DNA of 64,000 bases, taken from assembly GCA_002422865.1 (NCBI GenBank), contig DITN01000087.1, positions 25,084 to 89,083 of the forward strand. Direction: 5' to 3'. Under the pieces are notes generated by a model that did not search any database, was not told the DNA's origin, and saw nothing but the letters and a program-made list of their open reading frames with translations. This DNA comes from Bacteroidetes bacterium UBA6183. Lineage in GTDB: Bacteria; Bacteroidota; Bacteroidia; UKL13-3. The stretch's first letter is position 1. The number at the start of each line of letters is the position of its first letter. The position numbers and the translations under genes were made by a program. Of the stretch, positions 20,248 to 30,354 are shown in pieces.

Positions 20248-21135
20248 TTAGTTTTTAATAATCTTTTGTATTGATATCCCTTCATCTGTGGTTATTTCAA
20301 ATAAATACATCCCATTTGAAAAACCAGATAAATCAATTTCCGATTCTGACTCTTGTTTGGTAATATTTAACATTTCTATACCGCTTAATGTTGTTAAACG
20401 CGCCTTGAATCCACCCTTACTTTTTGTTGTAATGTGCAATACATCTTTAACTGGGTTAGGGTAAGCAGTAATAACATCTGTAGTGTACATATTGTTAACT
20501 CCAGTATTGTATGTTATGGCAAAATCATCAATAAACAATACACTTCCTGCAATAGGATTAAATCCGTCAATACTTGATGTAATGATCATAAAAGCCGAAT
20601 CTGGTTGTGCTGATGAGAAATAGTTAATATTAACTTCAACCCTGGTGTAAACATCTACAGAATCGCCTTTCTGAAAAATCGCCTCACCAATGGTATCTGT
20701 TCTTAGTGTAGATGGATTCCATTTTGTGAGCGCCATATAAAAGTTACAACTATCACCATCGGCTGGAGCATATTTGTAAAAAAACACCAACGATTTTGGA
20801 CGGGATAAAAATGCAAATTTTATTTGACTAAAATCTACATCACCTGATGAGTTAAGAACCGGACCGGAAGCCAGTAAACCGGGAATATCTTGAAATTGGT
20901 TTGCCTGACTTTTAAGTTGCACTGCATTGCTGCCCGAATAAGCATCGGAAGAAAGTGTTGTACTAGACTGGTACCCAAATGCCACCAACGAATTTAACGT
21001 GTACCAATACTGTGGCTCTTGATAATCACCTTTGTCAACCCAAGTTTCAAAACCACCATTAGCAAAAGGGCTTTGAGCAAAATTGGTTGTTGCTAAAATC
21101 ATTAACATAACAACCCAAATAATTTTTGTTTTCAT
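20248..21135 (-). CDS. T9SS type-A sorting-domain secreted protein
   Basis: Signal peptide 'MKTKIIWVVMLMILATTNFAQ'. The C-terminal 'AYPNPVKDVLHI...GMYLFEITTDEGISIQKIIKN' is a Por-secretion type-A C-terminal domain. Confidence 0.8.
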   Translation of the reverse strand: MKTKIIWVVMLMILATTNFAQSPFANGGFETWVDKGDYQEPQYWYTLNSLVAFGYQSSTTLSSDAYSGSNAVQLKSQANQFQDIPGLLASGPVLNSSGDVDFSQIKFAFLSRPKSLVFFYKYAPADGDSCNFYMALTKWNPSTLRTDTIGEAIFQKGDSVDVYTRVEVNINYFSSAQPDSAFMIITSSIDGFNPIAGSVLFIDDFAITYNTGVNNMYTTDVITAYPNPVKDVLHITTKSKGGFKARLTTLSGIEMLNITKQESESEIDLSGFSNGMYLFEITTDEGISIQKIIKN

Positions 21136-21189
21136 TTGATTAAGTATTTCGCAACAAACATAAACTAGTTTATATTATAAACCAAACAA

Positions 21190-21215
21190 AAATAATAAAA
21201 CCCTGTTTTACAGGG
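21190..21215 (-). terminator. intrinsic terminator for the minus-strand gene 21228-21824
   Basis: Stem CCCTG/CAGGG with loop, followed by TTTTATTATT on the minus strand. Confidence 0.5.
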
Positions 21216-21227
21216 CATTATTTGTTG

Positions 21228-21824
21228 CTACTTTATCAGTTTTATAAGCTCATTTTGTTGGTCAATCGTTTTGTTTTTTGCATACCAAGTATGCAATTGG
21301 GTTTTTAGTTCTTCAAAAGTAACGGTTGGGTTTTGCTTAAATTCGTTAACAATAACTTGTAATGAAGCTGGGCGAGGACCCCATTTCCAAATTTCCTTTT
21401 CGTTTTGAATGGCTAATACAACAGGTATTGCCCTTCCACCATTGGTCAGGTATCTATCCATCAAATCTAAGTTCTCATCACGTAACACAATTTTTAAAGT
21501 AATGTTATCGTTTAACGCTGCCAATCTTTCAAACAAGGGTACGCTTTGTGCCGCATCGCCACACCAACCCTCAGTAATACAAATCCAAGTTTGTTTTTCT
21601 GTAATAGCTTTAACCTTATCGGCAAGTTCATCGTTAATAACAACCGTTTTGTAAATACGCTCCATGCGTTGAATGTTCAACTTAGCATACTCAATTAATC
21701 CTGAATCTTGATTGGGTCCAGTGGTTTTTCCTTCAGATAATAAATCTTTCAACAAATCAAGGTACACACTATAAGTCATCCCTTTTAAAATGTAGCTATC
21801 AAAGCTAAAGGCTTTTGTGCTCAT
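21228..21824 (-). CDS. thioredoxin-fold family protein
   Basis: 'WICITEGWCGDAAQSVPLF' is a thioredoxin-like active-site region with a single Cys. 198 aa. Confidence 0.65.
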   Translation of the reverse strand: MSTKAFSFDSYILKGMTYSVYLDLLKDLLSEGKTTGPNQDSGLIEYAKLNIQRMERIYKTVVINDELADKVKAITEKQTWICITEGWCGDAAQSVPLFERLAALNDNITLKIVLRDENLDLMDRYLTNGGRAIPVVLAIQNEKEIWKWGPRPASLQVIVNEFKQNPTVTFEELKTQLHTWYAKNKTIDQQNELIKLIK

Positions 21825-21827
21825 GTA

Positions 21828-22067
21828 TTATTTTTTTAAATATCCTACAATATCAAACTTATCAAATACGGTTTTGCTATGCGGTGCATCCTTTAATTCA
21901 TCTGTTAAATCCTGACCCGCCCAGTGCTCGTAATGCTTACCATTTCGCCATAATCTGCTCTTGGTAACATCGTAAATTACACCCCTATAGGCAACCCAAA
22001 CTTCATCCTTATCTTGCCCGTTTCGTAGTGCCAATTGAGCTTTGGTAAAGGTAGGTTGATTGCCCAT
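21828..22067 (-). CDS. cytochrome b5-like heme/steroid-binding domain protein
   Basis: 79 aa. 'FTKAQLALRNGQDKDEVWVAYRGVIYDVTKS..W..G.H..WAGQDLT' fits the cyt-b5-like fold. Confidence 0.65.
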   Translation of the reverse strand: MGNQPTFTKAQLALRNGQDKDEVWVAYRGVIYDVTKSRLWRNGKHYEHWAGQDLTDELKDAPHSKTVFDKFDIVGYLKK

Positions 22068-22075
22068 AAATTTCC

Positions 22076-23074
22076 TTACGCCTTTACAAGATTTTTGTCA
22101 ACTAAATACTCAGCAATTTGAACCGCATTAGTAGCTGCACCTTTGCGTAAATTATCAGCAACAATCCACATGTTTAATGTGTTAGGTTGTGATTCATCCC
22201 TTCTTAGTCTTCCCACAAAAACTTCATCACGCTCGTGTGCATCAGTTAAAGGCATTGGGTAAAGCGCTTGTTTAATATCATCCTTAACAATTATACCTGC
22301 TGTATTCTCCAGCATATTTCTAACATCGCTCAACTCAAACTCTTGGTTAAACGCTACATTTACACTTTCGCTATGACCGCCCATAACAGGAATGCGCACG
22401 CAGGTAGCCGTAACTTGTATGTTTTCATCGCGCATAATCTTTTTGGTTTCGTTCACCATTTTCATTTCTTCTTTGGTGTAACCATTGTTTAAAAACACAT
22501 CAATTTGTGGAATGCAATTTTTGTCTATTTGATGTGCATACGCCATTTCTCCTTGAATTCCATTGCGCTCATTCTCCATTTGGGTAACAGCCTTAACGCC
22601 TGTTCCTGTAACGCTTTGATAAGTTGATACCACAATACGTTTAATGCCATATTTTATATGAAGCGGACTTAATGCCAACACCATTTGGATGGTAGAACAA
22701 TTAGGATTAGCAATAACCCTATCGTTTTCTGTAATGGTATCTGCATTTATTTCTGGAACAACAAGTTTCTTATCAGGATGCATACGCCATGCCGAAGAGT
22801 TATCAATAACATAAGTACCCACTGCGGCAAACTCTTCTGCCCACTGTAATGAGGTATTTCCACCGGCAGAAAACAAAGCGATATGCGGCTTTTTATCAAT
22901 AGCCTGTTGCATGCTGTGTACCTTGTATAATTTACCCTTAAAGTTTATTTCCTTACCAACAGACTTTTCTGAAGCAACTGGAATTAACTCGGTAACAGGG
23001 AAATTTCTTTCGGCTAGTAACTTTAGCATAACAGTGCCTACCAATCCGGTTGCACCAACAACAGCAATTCTCAT
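22076..23074 (-). CDS. asd: aspartate-semialdehyde dehydrogenase
   Basis: 'MRIAVVGATGLVGTVMLKLLAERNFP', a Cys nucleophile in 'NPNCSTIQMVLAL', and 'SGAG' motifs. Confidence 0.92.
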   Translation of the reverse strand: MRIAVVGATGLVGTVMLKLLAERNFPVTELIPVASEKSVGKEINFKGKLYKVHSMQQAIDKKPHIALFSAGGNTSLQWAEEFAAVGTYVIDNSSAWRMHPDKKLVVPEINADTITENDRVIANPNCSTIQMVLALSPLHIKYGIKRIVVSTYQSVTGTGVKAVTQMENERNGIQGEMAYAHQIDKNCIPQIDVFLNNGYTKEEMKMVNETKKIMRDENIQVTATCVRIPVMGGHSESVNVAFNQEFELSDVRNMLENTAGIIVKDDIKQALYPMPLTDAHERDEVFVGRLRRDESQPNTLNMWIVADNLRKGAATNAVQIAEYLVDKNLVKA

Positions 23075-23122
23075 TTTATAGTACTTTATAATTTGTGTGC
23101 GAAACTAACTAAAATAAGGGTG

Positions 23123-23156
23123 CAAACAAAAAGGGTGCCCGCATGCGGGCACCCTC
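23123..23156 (-). terminator. strong GC hairpin terminator downstream of the giant adhesin gene
   Basis: Perfect 10-bp stem GGGTGCCCGC/GCGGGCACCC with loop ATG, followed by TTTTTGTTTG on the minus strand. Confidence 0.7.
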
Positions 23157-23179
23157 CTATTAATAATTTAGATAAAGAA

Positions 23180-26100
23180 TTATTCTCTGATTAAAGTTAC
23201 TGTTCCATTAACAGTTTTCTTCTCACCATTCAATAATTCGTATTTAAATACGAAGAAATAAGTCCCTTCAGGGCAATCACTTCCATCATTCATGTTCGTA
23301 CCATTCCAATCGTATGAGGCATTGGTACTTTCAAATACCTTGGTACCCCAACGGTTGTATATTACTAAGTCGTATTCTTTTTCTCCTTTAATTTTAATAT
23401 CGAAGAAATCGTTAGTTCCATCCTTAGGACTTGGTGTAAACACATTATAAATTTCTAACTCAATAATGAATCGGTAAGAAATCGTTTGACAAACACTGTC
23501 CATACAAACAGGTTTGGCAGGATCGGGGGTAAACGCTTGCAAGCATATTACAACATCACCGGTATCTGTACCAAAGTCAAAACTCCAATCCCTATCAGAC
23601 TCCACTTTATCAACCTGACCAATAATATTACCATTCTTCGATGCGGTCCAAGTGTATTCACTTGATGAAACTGAGGTATTTCTGAATCCAAACTTTGGTG
23701 AATTTGCAGCAGAATCGATGTTAAAACTTGCAAAAGGACGAACCACACGAACGGAAGCTGTATCAAACAACTTACAATTAGGCAATCCAGGTGCTATTTT
23801 AGTAGGGAAAAGCCTTACGCTGTAGTTACCGGTATCTTGGAATGTATAGGTAAACTTGTTATCTAAATTCGTTTTTATGATTGAATCGATGAGTAAGTCG
23901 CCATCATCATTAATCATTTCGTATTTAAACTCTGTGTAGCTAATTGTATCAGATTCATTTGTAACAGTAAATGGCTGATCAACACAAACTACTTGTTTAT
24001 CTATACTAATTTGAGCAGGATAAGATTTTTTGACTGTAATACGAATAGGAGCATTAATTCCATCTACCGTATCAGGATAATTAACAATCCTACATCCAAT
24101 ATTATCCGATTGAGGGTTGTTATCATCACTTCTAGCGAATATGTAGTAAGTACCTGAATCATTGTAAGTAAATGTTAACGTATCGTACTGATTCAAACTG
24201 ACAGAAGACTGCTGGTTAGCGTCACCCCAAAGAATATCAGTACGTTTTGTTGGCTTATCGTTTGGACCGGTTGCACCGGCTACGTCAGCCAAGTTTACAA
24301 CTTTTACAGTAAATGGTGCGCAACCAACGGTATCTGTTATTACTTGGAAACCAGGGCGAGGTCCGAGTATATTCAAATTAACAAAAGCAGTATCCTTACA
24401 TCCTTGTGCTGTTTCAACAACTAACTTAATTCTGAATGCACCATTACCACGATAGTTCCAAACAGGAGTATCAATGTACTGTGCATCAAAACGTAAGGTG
24501 TCTGTTTTGCGCTCGCCAAAGAACCAGTAGTTTCTGTTTACCAAATCTCCTGATCCAGCATTAGGCTCAAAACGAATACTATCAAACTTGTTATAAGTGT
24601 ATCCAGGGATAGGTGTCATGGTAGAACGATCGTAGAAAGTAACAGGAGCTCCACAATTGTATATACCAGGCTTAATAACAGGAATTGCATTTGGTTCAGT
24701 AACCAATACACGGCAATAAGCAGTGTCCCAACAACCGTTTTTATCACGACTTAACATTGTTACGGTGTATTCTCCAGCTTGTTTATATTGGTGAACCGGG
24801 TTAGTCCATGATGCAGAATCTCCATCACCAAAGTAGTACTTAACCTTTTCAATAAAGTCGCCACAAGGATAAAACTCATTGATATCTACAGCGCCATTTC
24901 TCCAATAATTAACTGTGTCATAATGGTAACTGCTATGTGGATCATTATAAGCAGCGCCTATAGTAACCTTACATGTTGTAAGGTCTTTACTTGGTAAACC
25001 ATTAGGATTAAAAATTGGATGCGATAATGAGCAATCAGGACGGTAGTAACGAATTGAATCATAAAAATGAACAGGTTCATTTTTACAGAAAACCTCATCG
25101 AAATTTCCTTTTGCATCACGTGTCATTACAGAATCAATTACGCCTCGTACCAAAAGTTTGTTGTCAGTGTATTCTGCCTTACAATCCTTTGTGCTCATTA
25201 ATTTATGACTTACAGGACGCGGTGCAGAACCCGAACGTTTACAATCATCTTCATATGAACTTGACCAATATCTGTGTTTAACAGGTAATAACATTTTAGC
25301 TTGATCCATTTCTTCAGTTCTGTAAAATGTCTTAGTAGTATCAACGTCAGCAATGGTGAATCTTTTTCCACACTCTTCCCAAATTGTGGAATCATTTGTG
25401 GTAACTCGTCCGATATAATACAATGAACCGTTAGGATTAGCACTTGCATCGTATATACGCATGGTATAATTATCAATGTAGCGGAAGGTAACATTTGCAC
25501 CTGGTATACCATTAGGGAAAGGAATACTATCTATCAAATCGCCTATGTTTTTTTCGCCACAAACACCAAAGTAGTAGTTGTAACGAACCCTGCGGAAACC
25601 ATTCACAAAATAACCATCTGTTAATCCAGGTTTAGGGCTGTAGTAGAAACTATCAACTGTAATAGAATTGTCGCCCCAGCTAATGGTGCTGCTATGAATG
25701 TATGATTGAACACTGTCTAAATAAACAAAGTTAATTAAAGCATTTTTACAGTAGTATTTACATTCACCATTCACAGGTACGTTTGTTATAGGGTCATAAA
25801 CAGGATCAACATAAAAACGTCCATCCATATCTGTTATGTTTAACAAATTATGATACCAAACCGTATCAGAAATACAAGGCATGTTTGGATCTCCTGTACC
25901 AATAATTAAACCCACCGTAATATCACCTGTTGGGTTAGCAGGAGGAAATAGCGTGATACCACTTTGTGTTACCTGAAGTGGATTCACGTTAGAGCCATAG
26001 TGATACCAAAAATTAGTTCCACCTGGTGCATTCCACCTGTTTGGTGGCATAAAATATTGGTTGTAATCAGGTTGTAAAGAAAATGGAGGATATGTTAAAC

Positions 26101-28681
26101 CACCAGCAGTTGATGACAAAACACCACCAGCTTGAGGTGCAGGACCGGTTGCTCCTGTATAGTTAATAAATCCATCAAGGGCGCAAGGGGTAGCATCTCT
26201 TCTGTCTGCCATCGAATCTAAGTTCATGCGAATCCAAGCTGCACCGCAATCTGGGCTAATACCAGGGTATTGACCTAAAGTATTATCAACTGCCCCTAAC
26301 ATAAATTGAATACCTGCTTGATCGTTTTGAATATAACTACCAGGACATTCTTTACCTCTAATTCCTAAACCGGTAGCATCAGGGCGCATTAATTTCAATT
26401 GAACTTGATCATCGTCTTTACAATCTAATGAATCGAGTTTAATAAAATCATCTGCAACAATGTATGTTTTATTACCTACGTTATTCATTGAGTCTTGTAC
26501 AAACTGCTCAACGTTATAACATCTTTGAACAGCCTTATCAAACAAATAACGATAAAGTGTTCTTGAAGGATCAACCATTGTTTCATAGTTGTGTCGCATA
26601 AATTCGCCTTGCAAAGTTGTGTACTTCGCCTCCATGGTATCATTTAATGGGTCAACAACAAATCCCTTAGGGAAAAACCCGTATCCACCACGTTTAGTAT
26701 TACCCCAGAAACCGGCAACCGGATCTGGTGCACCGTTTTGTAATGTAAATCTATTAAACGGTCTTAAATCTTGCTGATTAGGTTGACCATTTTCATCAAA
26801 AGAATCTACTGTGTCTATCCTTGGCCATAAACCATAAGGCGCAGGACCAGAGCCTTGCGTTAAACTCCAAACCCCAGTTTGTGGATTAAGATAGACCGGC
26901 TTGCCCCACCATTGCGTATCTGCGGGATGCACAAGCGTTTTTCTTGGATTAGCAGTAGGAAGTGTATCGGCAGGATTAGTTGAATATTGTTGCGGATTCC
27001 ATGGCATAAAATCATGACCATAACGATACCACCTGTATATCACATCCCAACCCGTGTATCGGTGAACAGGCAAGGTATCTGCAGAATAACGGCAATCTAA
27101 ACGTCTTCCTTCAAATACTTTACCATCTTGGCGCCAATAGCCATCACTAAAATTGTATTGATCTTGAGCAGTAGCCCAGCCTCCTGGAGGTGGATACCCT
27201 GGCTTAGGTACAAGGTAAGAAGTACACTGAGGAGCCGCATCATCACCAAAATCCCAACGCCTGAAAACGTGCTCTGATTTATAACGTTGCTCTGTGTTAA
27301 CAAAGTTAATTACGTTGTAATAACCAGAAGCATTAGGGTTACATTGGTTTTGTTCTGTTGGGTTAAGCGTAATTTGGTTTTGTGGGTCTTCTATCCTCGC
27401 ACGCGGACCTAATACCTCCACAACTATCGTGGTATCTTTTCTACAGCTTGGGTTAGGCTGTAATGGCCAAACCAATAAATTTACGTTATATGCTCCAAGA
27501 CCACGCATAAAGGTATGTGGCGGATTCCAAGAGCTGTTGTTAAAATTGTCTTGCTGTGACGGTGGATCTCCGAAATTCCATAATAATTCTCCATTACCTG
27601 GGTTAATTTCAGGGTTTGGTGTTTGCACAAAGGTTAGTGTTTTTAAACCCTCTCTATCGTAACAAACTGAATCGCGTCTTAGTCTTAATGAAGTATCAGG
27701 AAGATTTAAGTATGGTGTAGGATCTAATTCTACGATAATATTTTTCGGCTTATTTGCTGACATCGCAGATGTCATTACATAACTATCTATACAACCTGTG
27801 GTGTCTTCTATGGTTAACGCTGGATAAAATGTACCATTTTTGCAATAATTGTGTGTAATAAGGTAATATTCGTTTTCATCTTGGGGCAAGCTCCATGGAC
27901 GACTACGTGTTACTGATTGACCATCTCCAAAATCCCATGTATAGCTATTTACTTGACTAAATGGAACCTGAGCTGTAGTATTTTGTAATGAATACGGTGT
28001 ACAGAAGCAACCCGCATTACCTAATACTGCAAATGAAGGAGCAAGATTTGGCTTTATGGTTAACAATCCATTATAGGTTACAGCATTTCTGCACCCTACA
28101 CTGTCTACTACTCTTACTGTAATATTAAATTGTCCATTTGCATTAAACGAGTGCGAATATGTTTGTCCAGTTACAGGAAAAGGAAACACATCAATGTTAC
28201 CATCACCCCAAATAACCTCAGTACGATAAATGCGGTTGTCTGTTTTAACAGAGGTGTTGGTTAGCGTAACCAGGTTACCTCTGAAACATTGCACAGCTTG
28301 TCCGTTTACAGTCGCCCCCGGAATAGGTAAACGATAAACAATAGCAGAAGTGGTTTGTGCAACTTTGGCACCGTTGCTTAAGTTAACTTCCACCTTAATA
28401 ATGTAGTTACCTGGAGCAGGATAAAGATACTGTGTACTGTAGTTTGGACCACTATTAGGAATAGTAGTTTCCACCGTTCCATCATTATTGTAATCGAACG
28501 TGCAGTTAGTAGCAGTAACACCTGCAGGAAGACCTGTAAGTGCCGCATCAATACTAAGCTGATCGCCCAAACAAATGGTTGGTGAGGACAGTGTTAGAGC
28601 CAACGACTGCGCATAAGCAGACCTAAAGCCCAACAACGACAGCAAAAGCAACAAATAGACTTTTAGTACTTGTTTTTTCAT
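23180..28681 (-). CDS. giant T9SS type-B (gliding-motility-associated C-terminal domain) surface protein with multiple PKD-like domains. The ORF extends to 28771, but the signal-peptide Met is at 28681.
   Basis: Signal peptide 'MKKQVLKVYLLLLLSLLGFRSAYAQ'. Many 'WxFGDG' PKD motifs. The C-terminal 'NVFTPSPKDGTNDFFDIK...YNRWGTKVFES...GTYFFVFKY...GTVTLIRE' is a type-B sorting domain. Confidence 0.9.
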   Translation of the reverse strand: MKKQVLKVYLLLLLSLLGFRSAYAQSLALTLSSPTICLGDQLSIDAALTGLPAGVTATNCTFDYNNDGTVETTIPNSGPNYSTQYLYPAPGNYIIKVEVNLSNGAKVAQTTSAIVYRLPIPGATVNGQAVQCFRGNLVTLTNTSVKTDNRIYRTEVIWGDGNIDVFPFPVTGQTYSHSFNANGQFNITVRVVDSVGCRNAVTYNGLLTIKPNLAPSFAVLGNAGCFCTPYSLQNTTAQVPFSQVNSYTWDFGDGQSVTRSRPWSLPQDENEYYLITHNYCKNGTFYPALTIEDTTGCIDSYVMTSAMSANKPKNIIVELDPTPYLNLPDTSLRLRRDSVCYDREGLKTLTFVQTPNPEINPGNGELLWNFGDPPSQQDNFNNSSWNPPHTFMRGLGAYNVNLLVWPLQPNPSCRKDTTIVVEVLGPRARIEDPQNQITLNPTEQNQCNPNASGYYNVINFVNTEQRYKSEHVFRRWDFGDDAAPQCTSYLVPKPGYPPPGGWATAQDQYNFSDGYWRQDGKVFEGRRLDCRYSADTLPVHRYTGWDVIYRWYRYGHDFMPWNPQQYSTNPADTLPTANPRKTLVHPADTQWWGKPVYLNPQTGVWSLTQGSGPAPYGLWPRIDTVDSFDENGQPNQQDLRPFNRFTLQNGAPDPVAGFWGNTKRGGYGFFPKGFVVDPLNDTMEAKYTTLQGEFMRHNYETMVDPSRTLYRYLFDKAVQRCYNVEQFVQDSMNNVGNKTYIVADDFIKLDSLDCKDDDQVQLKLMRPDATGLGIRGKECPGSYIQNDQAGIQFMLGAVDNTLGQYPGISPDCGAAWIRMNLDSMADRRDATPCALDGFINYTGATGPAPQAGGVLSSTAGGLTYPPFSLQPDYNQYFMPPNRWNAPGGTNFWYHYGSNVNPLQVTQSGITLFPPANPTGDITVGLIIGTGDPNMPCISDTVWYHNLLNITDMDGRFYVDPVYDPITNVPVNGECKYYCKNALINFVYLDSVQSYIHSSTISWGDNSITVDSFYYSPKPGLTDGYFVNGFRRVRYNYYFGVCGEKNIGDLIDSIPFPNGIPGANVTFRYIDNYTMRIYDASANPNGSLYYIGRVTTNDSTIWEECGKRFTIADVDTTKTFYRTEEMDQAKMLLPVKHRYWSSSYEDDCKRSGSAPRPVSHKLMSTKDCKAEYTDNKLLVRGVIDSVMTRDAKGNFDEVFCKNEPVHFYDSIRYYRPDCSLSHPIFNPNGLPSKDLTTCKVTIGAAYNDPHSSYHYDTVNYWRNGAVDINEFYPCGDFIEKVKYYFGDGDSASWTNPVHQYKQAGEYTVTMLSRDKNGCWDTAYCRVLVTEPNAIPVIKPGIYNCGAPVTFYDRSTMTPIPGYTYNKFDSIRFEPNAGSGDLVNRNYWFFGERKTDTLRFDAQYIDTPVWNYRGNGAFRIKLVVETAQGCKDTAFVNLNILGPRPGFQVITDTVGCAPFTVKVVNLADVAGATGPNDKPTKRTDILWGDANQQSSVSLNQYDTLTFTYNDSGTYYIFARSDDNNPQSDNIGCRIVNYPDTVDGINAPIRITVKKSYPAQISIDKQVVCVDQPFTVTNESDTISYTEFKYEMINDDGDLLIDSIIKTNLDNKFTYTFQDTGNYSVRLFPTKIAPGLPNCKLFDTASVRVVRPFASFNIDSAANSPKFGFRNTSVSSSEYTWTASKNGNIIGQVDKVESDRDWSFDFGTDTGDVVICLQAFTPDPAKPVCMDSVCQTISYRFIIELEIYNVFTPSPKDGTNDFFDIKIKGEKEYDLVIYNRWGTKVFESTNASYDWNGTNMNDGSDCPEGTYFFVFKYELLNGEKKTVNGTVTLIRE

Positions 28682-28796
28682 TGTACTTGTTTGATGTTTT
28701 GTTAGCCGCAACAAACCAACATCAGCTGGCTTATTGGGTTTGATTTTTAATTGATAATAATACGCTAACATATATATTTAAATTTAGAATTTCAAA

Positions 28797-29708
28797 CTAT
28801 AATTTAAGAAGTATAAGTCCCTTCTCTACTTTTGGCTCGTTCATGCCCTTTAATTGATACCTAAATGCCAACACATAAACACCCGGTTCACATGCTTCAC
28901 CGTTCCTCTGGTTAATACCATTCCAGTGTTTGCTTTTATCTCTACTTTCAAAAACCACGTTACCTTTTGCGTCTGTTATTTTTAAATCATACAGCACTTC
29001 GTTTTCAAGTGTAATTACAAATTCATCATTGTAACCATCGTTATTGGGTGTAAATACGTTTGGTATATTTGGCCTTAAAAACTCTTCACTTGTTATATTT
29101 TGGTTTGATGTATTATTGGTAGACGTTTCCTTGGTTTCTTGTTTTGTTTTTTCCGTGGTTGCGGTTGCATTTTGTTGCATCTTGTTTGTTGATACCGCCT
29201 CTTCTTCATTTACAACCATATTGGTTGAGGTTGGTACCGGATAATCCACCGGCACTTCTTCGTCCGGAAAATCACCACAAGCAATGATTTTATTTTGAAC
29301 CTTTTTACTTGTAGGTGTTGATGGTGAATTTGGTCTTTGGGGCAATTCTGCTGTTTGGTTTACCGCATTTGTTTCATCAGAAGTTTGAATTTCTTCGACA
29401 TTTTTTGCTTCTGGTAACGTTTCTCTTATTGTTATACTCGATTGTTCTGTGTTGCTTGATGGTGTGTTGTTAGATGATATATAAATTACATACCCTACTG
29501 CACCCGCTGCTATAGTTGCCGCTGCTATTACCATTGTTTTTATAGAAACACCGGCAATAGTTTTAGCGGCAGCAGTGGTTGCAGATGATGCCGTTGCAAC
29601 ATCAGGCAATTGGCTGCTAATGTTTTGCCATAGACCTGCCGGAGGTTCAGGAGATAACCTTCCCATTTCCTGCTTAAGCAAATCATCTATGTTTATTTTA
29701 TTACTCAT
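28797..29708 (-). CDS. anti-sigma-factor-like membrane protein carrying a C-terminal T9SS type-B sorting domain
   Basis: The N-terminal 'IDDLLKQEMGRLSPEPPAGLWQNISSQL' resembles Bacteroidetes anti-sigma N-terminal domains. A single TM 'MVIAAATIAAGAVGYVIYI' follows, then a Ser/Thr/Asn/Glu-rich linker of about 150 aa. The C-terminal 'NVFTPNNDGYNDEFVI...GVYVLAFRY' is a type-B C-terminal domain. Sits 4 nt downstream of the ECF sigma gene. Confidence 0.75.
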   Translation of the reverse strand: MSNKINIDDLLKQEMGRLSPEPPAGLWQNISSQLPDVATASSATTAAAKTIAGVSIKTMVIAAATIAAGAVGYVIYISSNNTPSSNTEQSSITIRETLPEAKNVEEIQTSDETNAVNQTAELPQRPNSPSTPTSKKVQNKIIACGDFPDEEVPVDYPVPTSTNMVVNEEEAVSTNKMQQNATATTEKTKQETKETSTNNTSNQNITSEEFLRPNIPNVFTPNNDGYNDEFVITLENEVLYDLKITDAKGNVVFESRDKSKHWNGINQRNGEACEPGVYVLAFRYQLKGMNEPKVEKGLILLKL

Positions 29709-29712
29709 TTAA

Positions 29713-30354
29713 TTAACTTTTCTTTTTCATTTTTTCAAGCGCCTCTTGCAGCTGCACCCTAGCCCTGCTTAACTGCGATTTTGAAGTTCCCTCGCTTATG
29801 CCCAACATTTCACCAATTTCAGCATGACCATAACCTTCTACAATAAAAAGGTTTAACACAGCACGATAGCCAGGTGGTAAGTTGTTCATGGCCAATAATA
29901 TTTCTTTTTGGCTCATGCGCTCCACCGTAAAATCGTTGTGCGCTTGGTTATAAGCAGCATCCACATCGCTATGGTACATGTGCATTTTGTTAACTCTGTA
30001 AAACTCTAATGCTGTGTTTACAAAAATGCGTTTCATCCAACCTTCAAAAGAACCTGCGAAGCTAAATTGCTCCATTTTGGTAAAAACTTTAACAAACCCG
30101 TCTTGCAAAATATCTTTCGCTTCATCAGCATTGCTGCTATAACGCAAGCACACTCCATACATGGTTTTCGAATAGGTTTCGTAAAGCGTTTTTTGCGCTA
30201 ACCTATTGCCTTTCAAACATTCCTGTATAAGTTCATGCTCGTTTTGTTTGTTCACGTTTCTACCGGTTACTTTTTCAGATGAATAATAGCTGCCCGAGGT
30301 TGCAAGGGCATGATTAAAAGTTAAAAAATTCTTTATGCAACGCAAATAATGCAT
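29713..30354 (-). CDS. RNA polymerase ECF-type sigma-70 factor. The start is uncertain; a GTG at 30255 would give about 180 aa.
   Basis: Region 2 'ELIQECLKGNRLAQKTLYETYSKTMYGVCLRYSSNADEAKDILQDGFVKVF'. Region 4 'EGYGHAEIGEMLGISEGTSKSQLSRAR'. Confidence 0.9.
   Translation of the reverse strand: MHYLRCIKNFLTFNHALATSGSYYSSEKVTGRNVNKQNEHELIQECLKGNRLAQKTLYETYSKTMYGVCLRYSSNADEAKDILQDGFVKVFTKMEQFSFAGSFEGWMKRIFVNTALEFYRVNKMHMYHSDVDAAYNQAHNDFTVERMSQKEILLAMNNLPPGYRAVLNLFIVEGYGHAEIGEMLGISEGTSKSQLSRARVQLQEALEKMKKKS

Noticed and set aside
29100-29470. Low-complexity, T/G-rich DNA that looked like a simple-sequence repeat
   Set aside because: On the minus strand it encodes the Ser/Thr/Asn/Glu-rich disordered linker of the anti-sigma-like protein. 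It is coding low complexity, not a satellite or CRISPR-like repeat.
30349-30354. Apparent overlap of the two divergent genes' 'MHY' start codons
   Set aside because: It is an artefact of the 16-bp palindrome AAATAATGCATTATTT. At least one start is probably downstream (GTG 30255 for the sigma, TTG 30412 for the adhesin). It is not a genuine divergent overlap.
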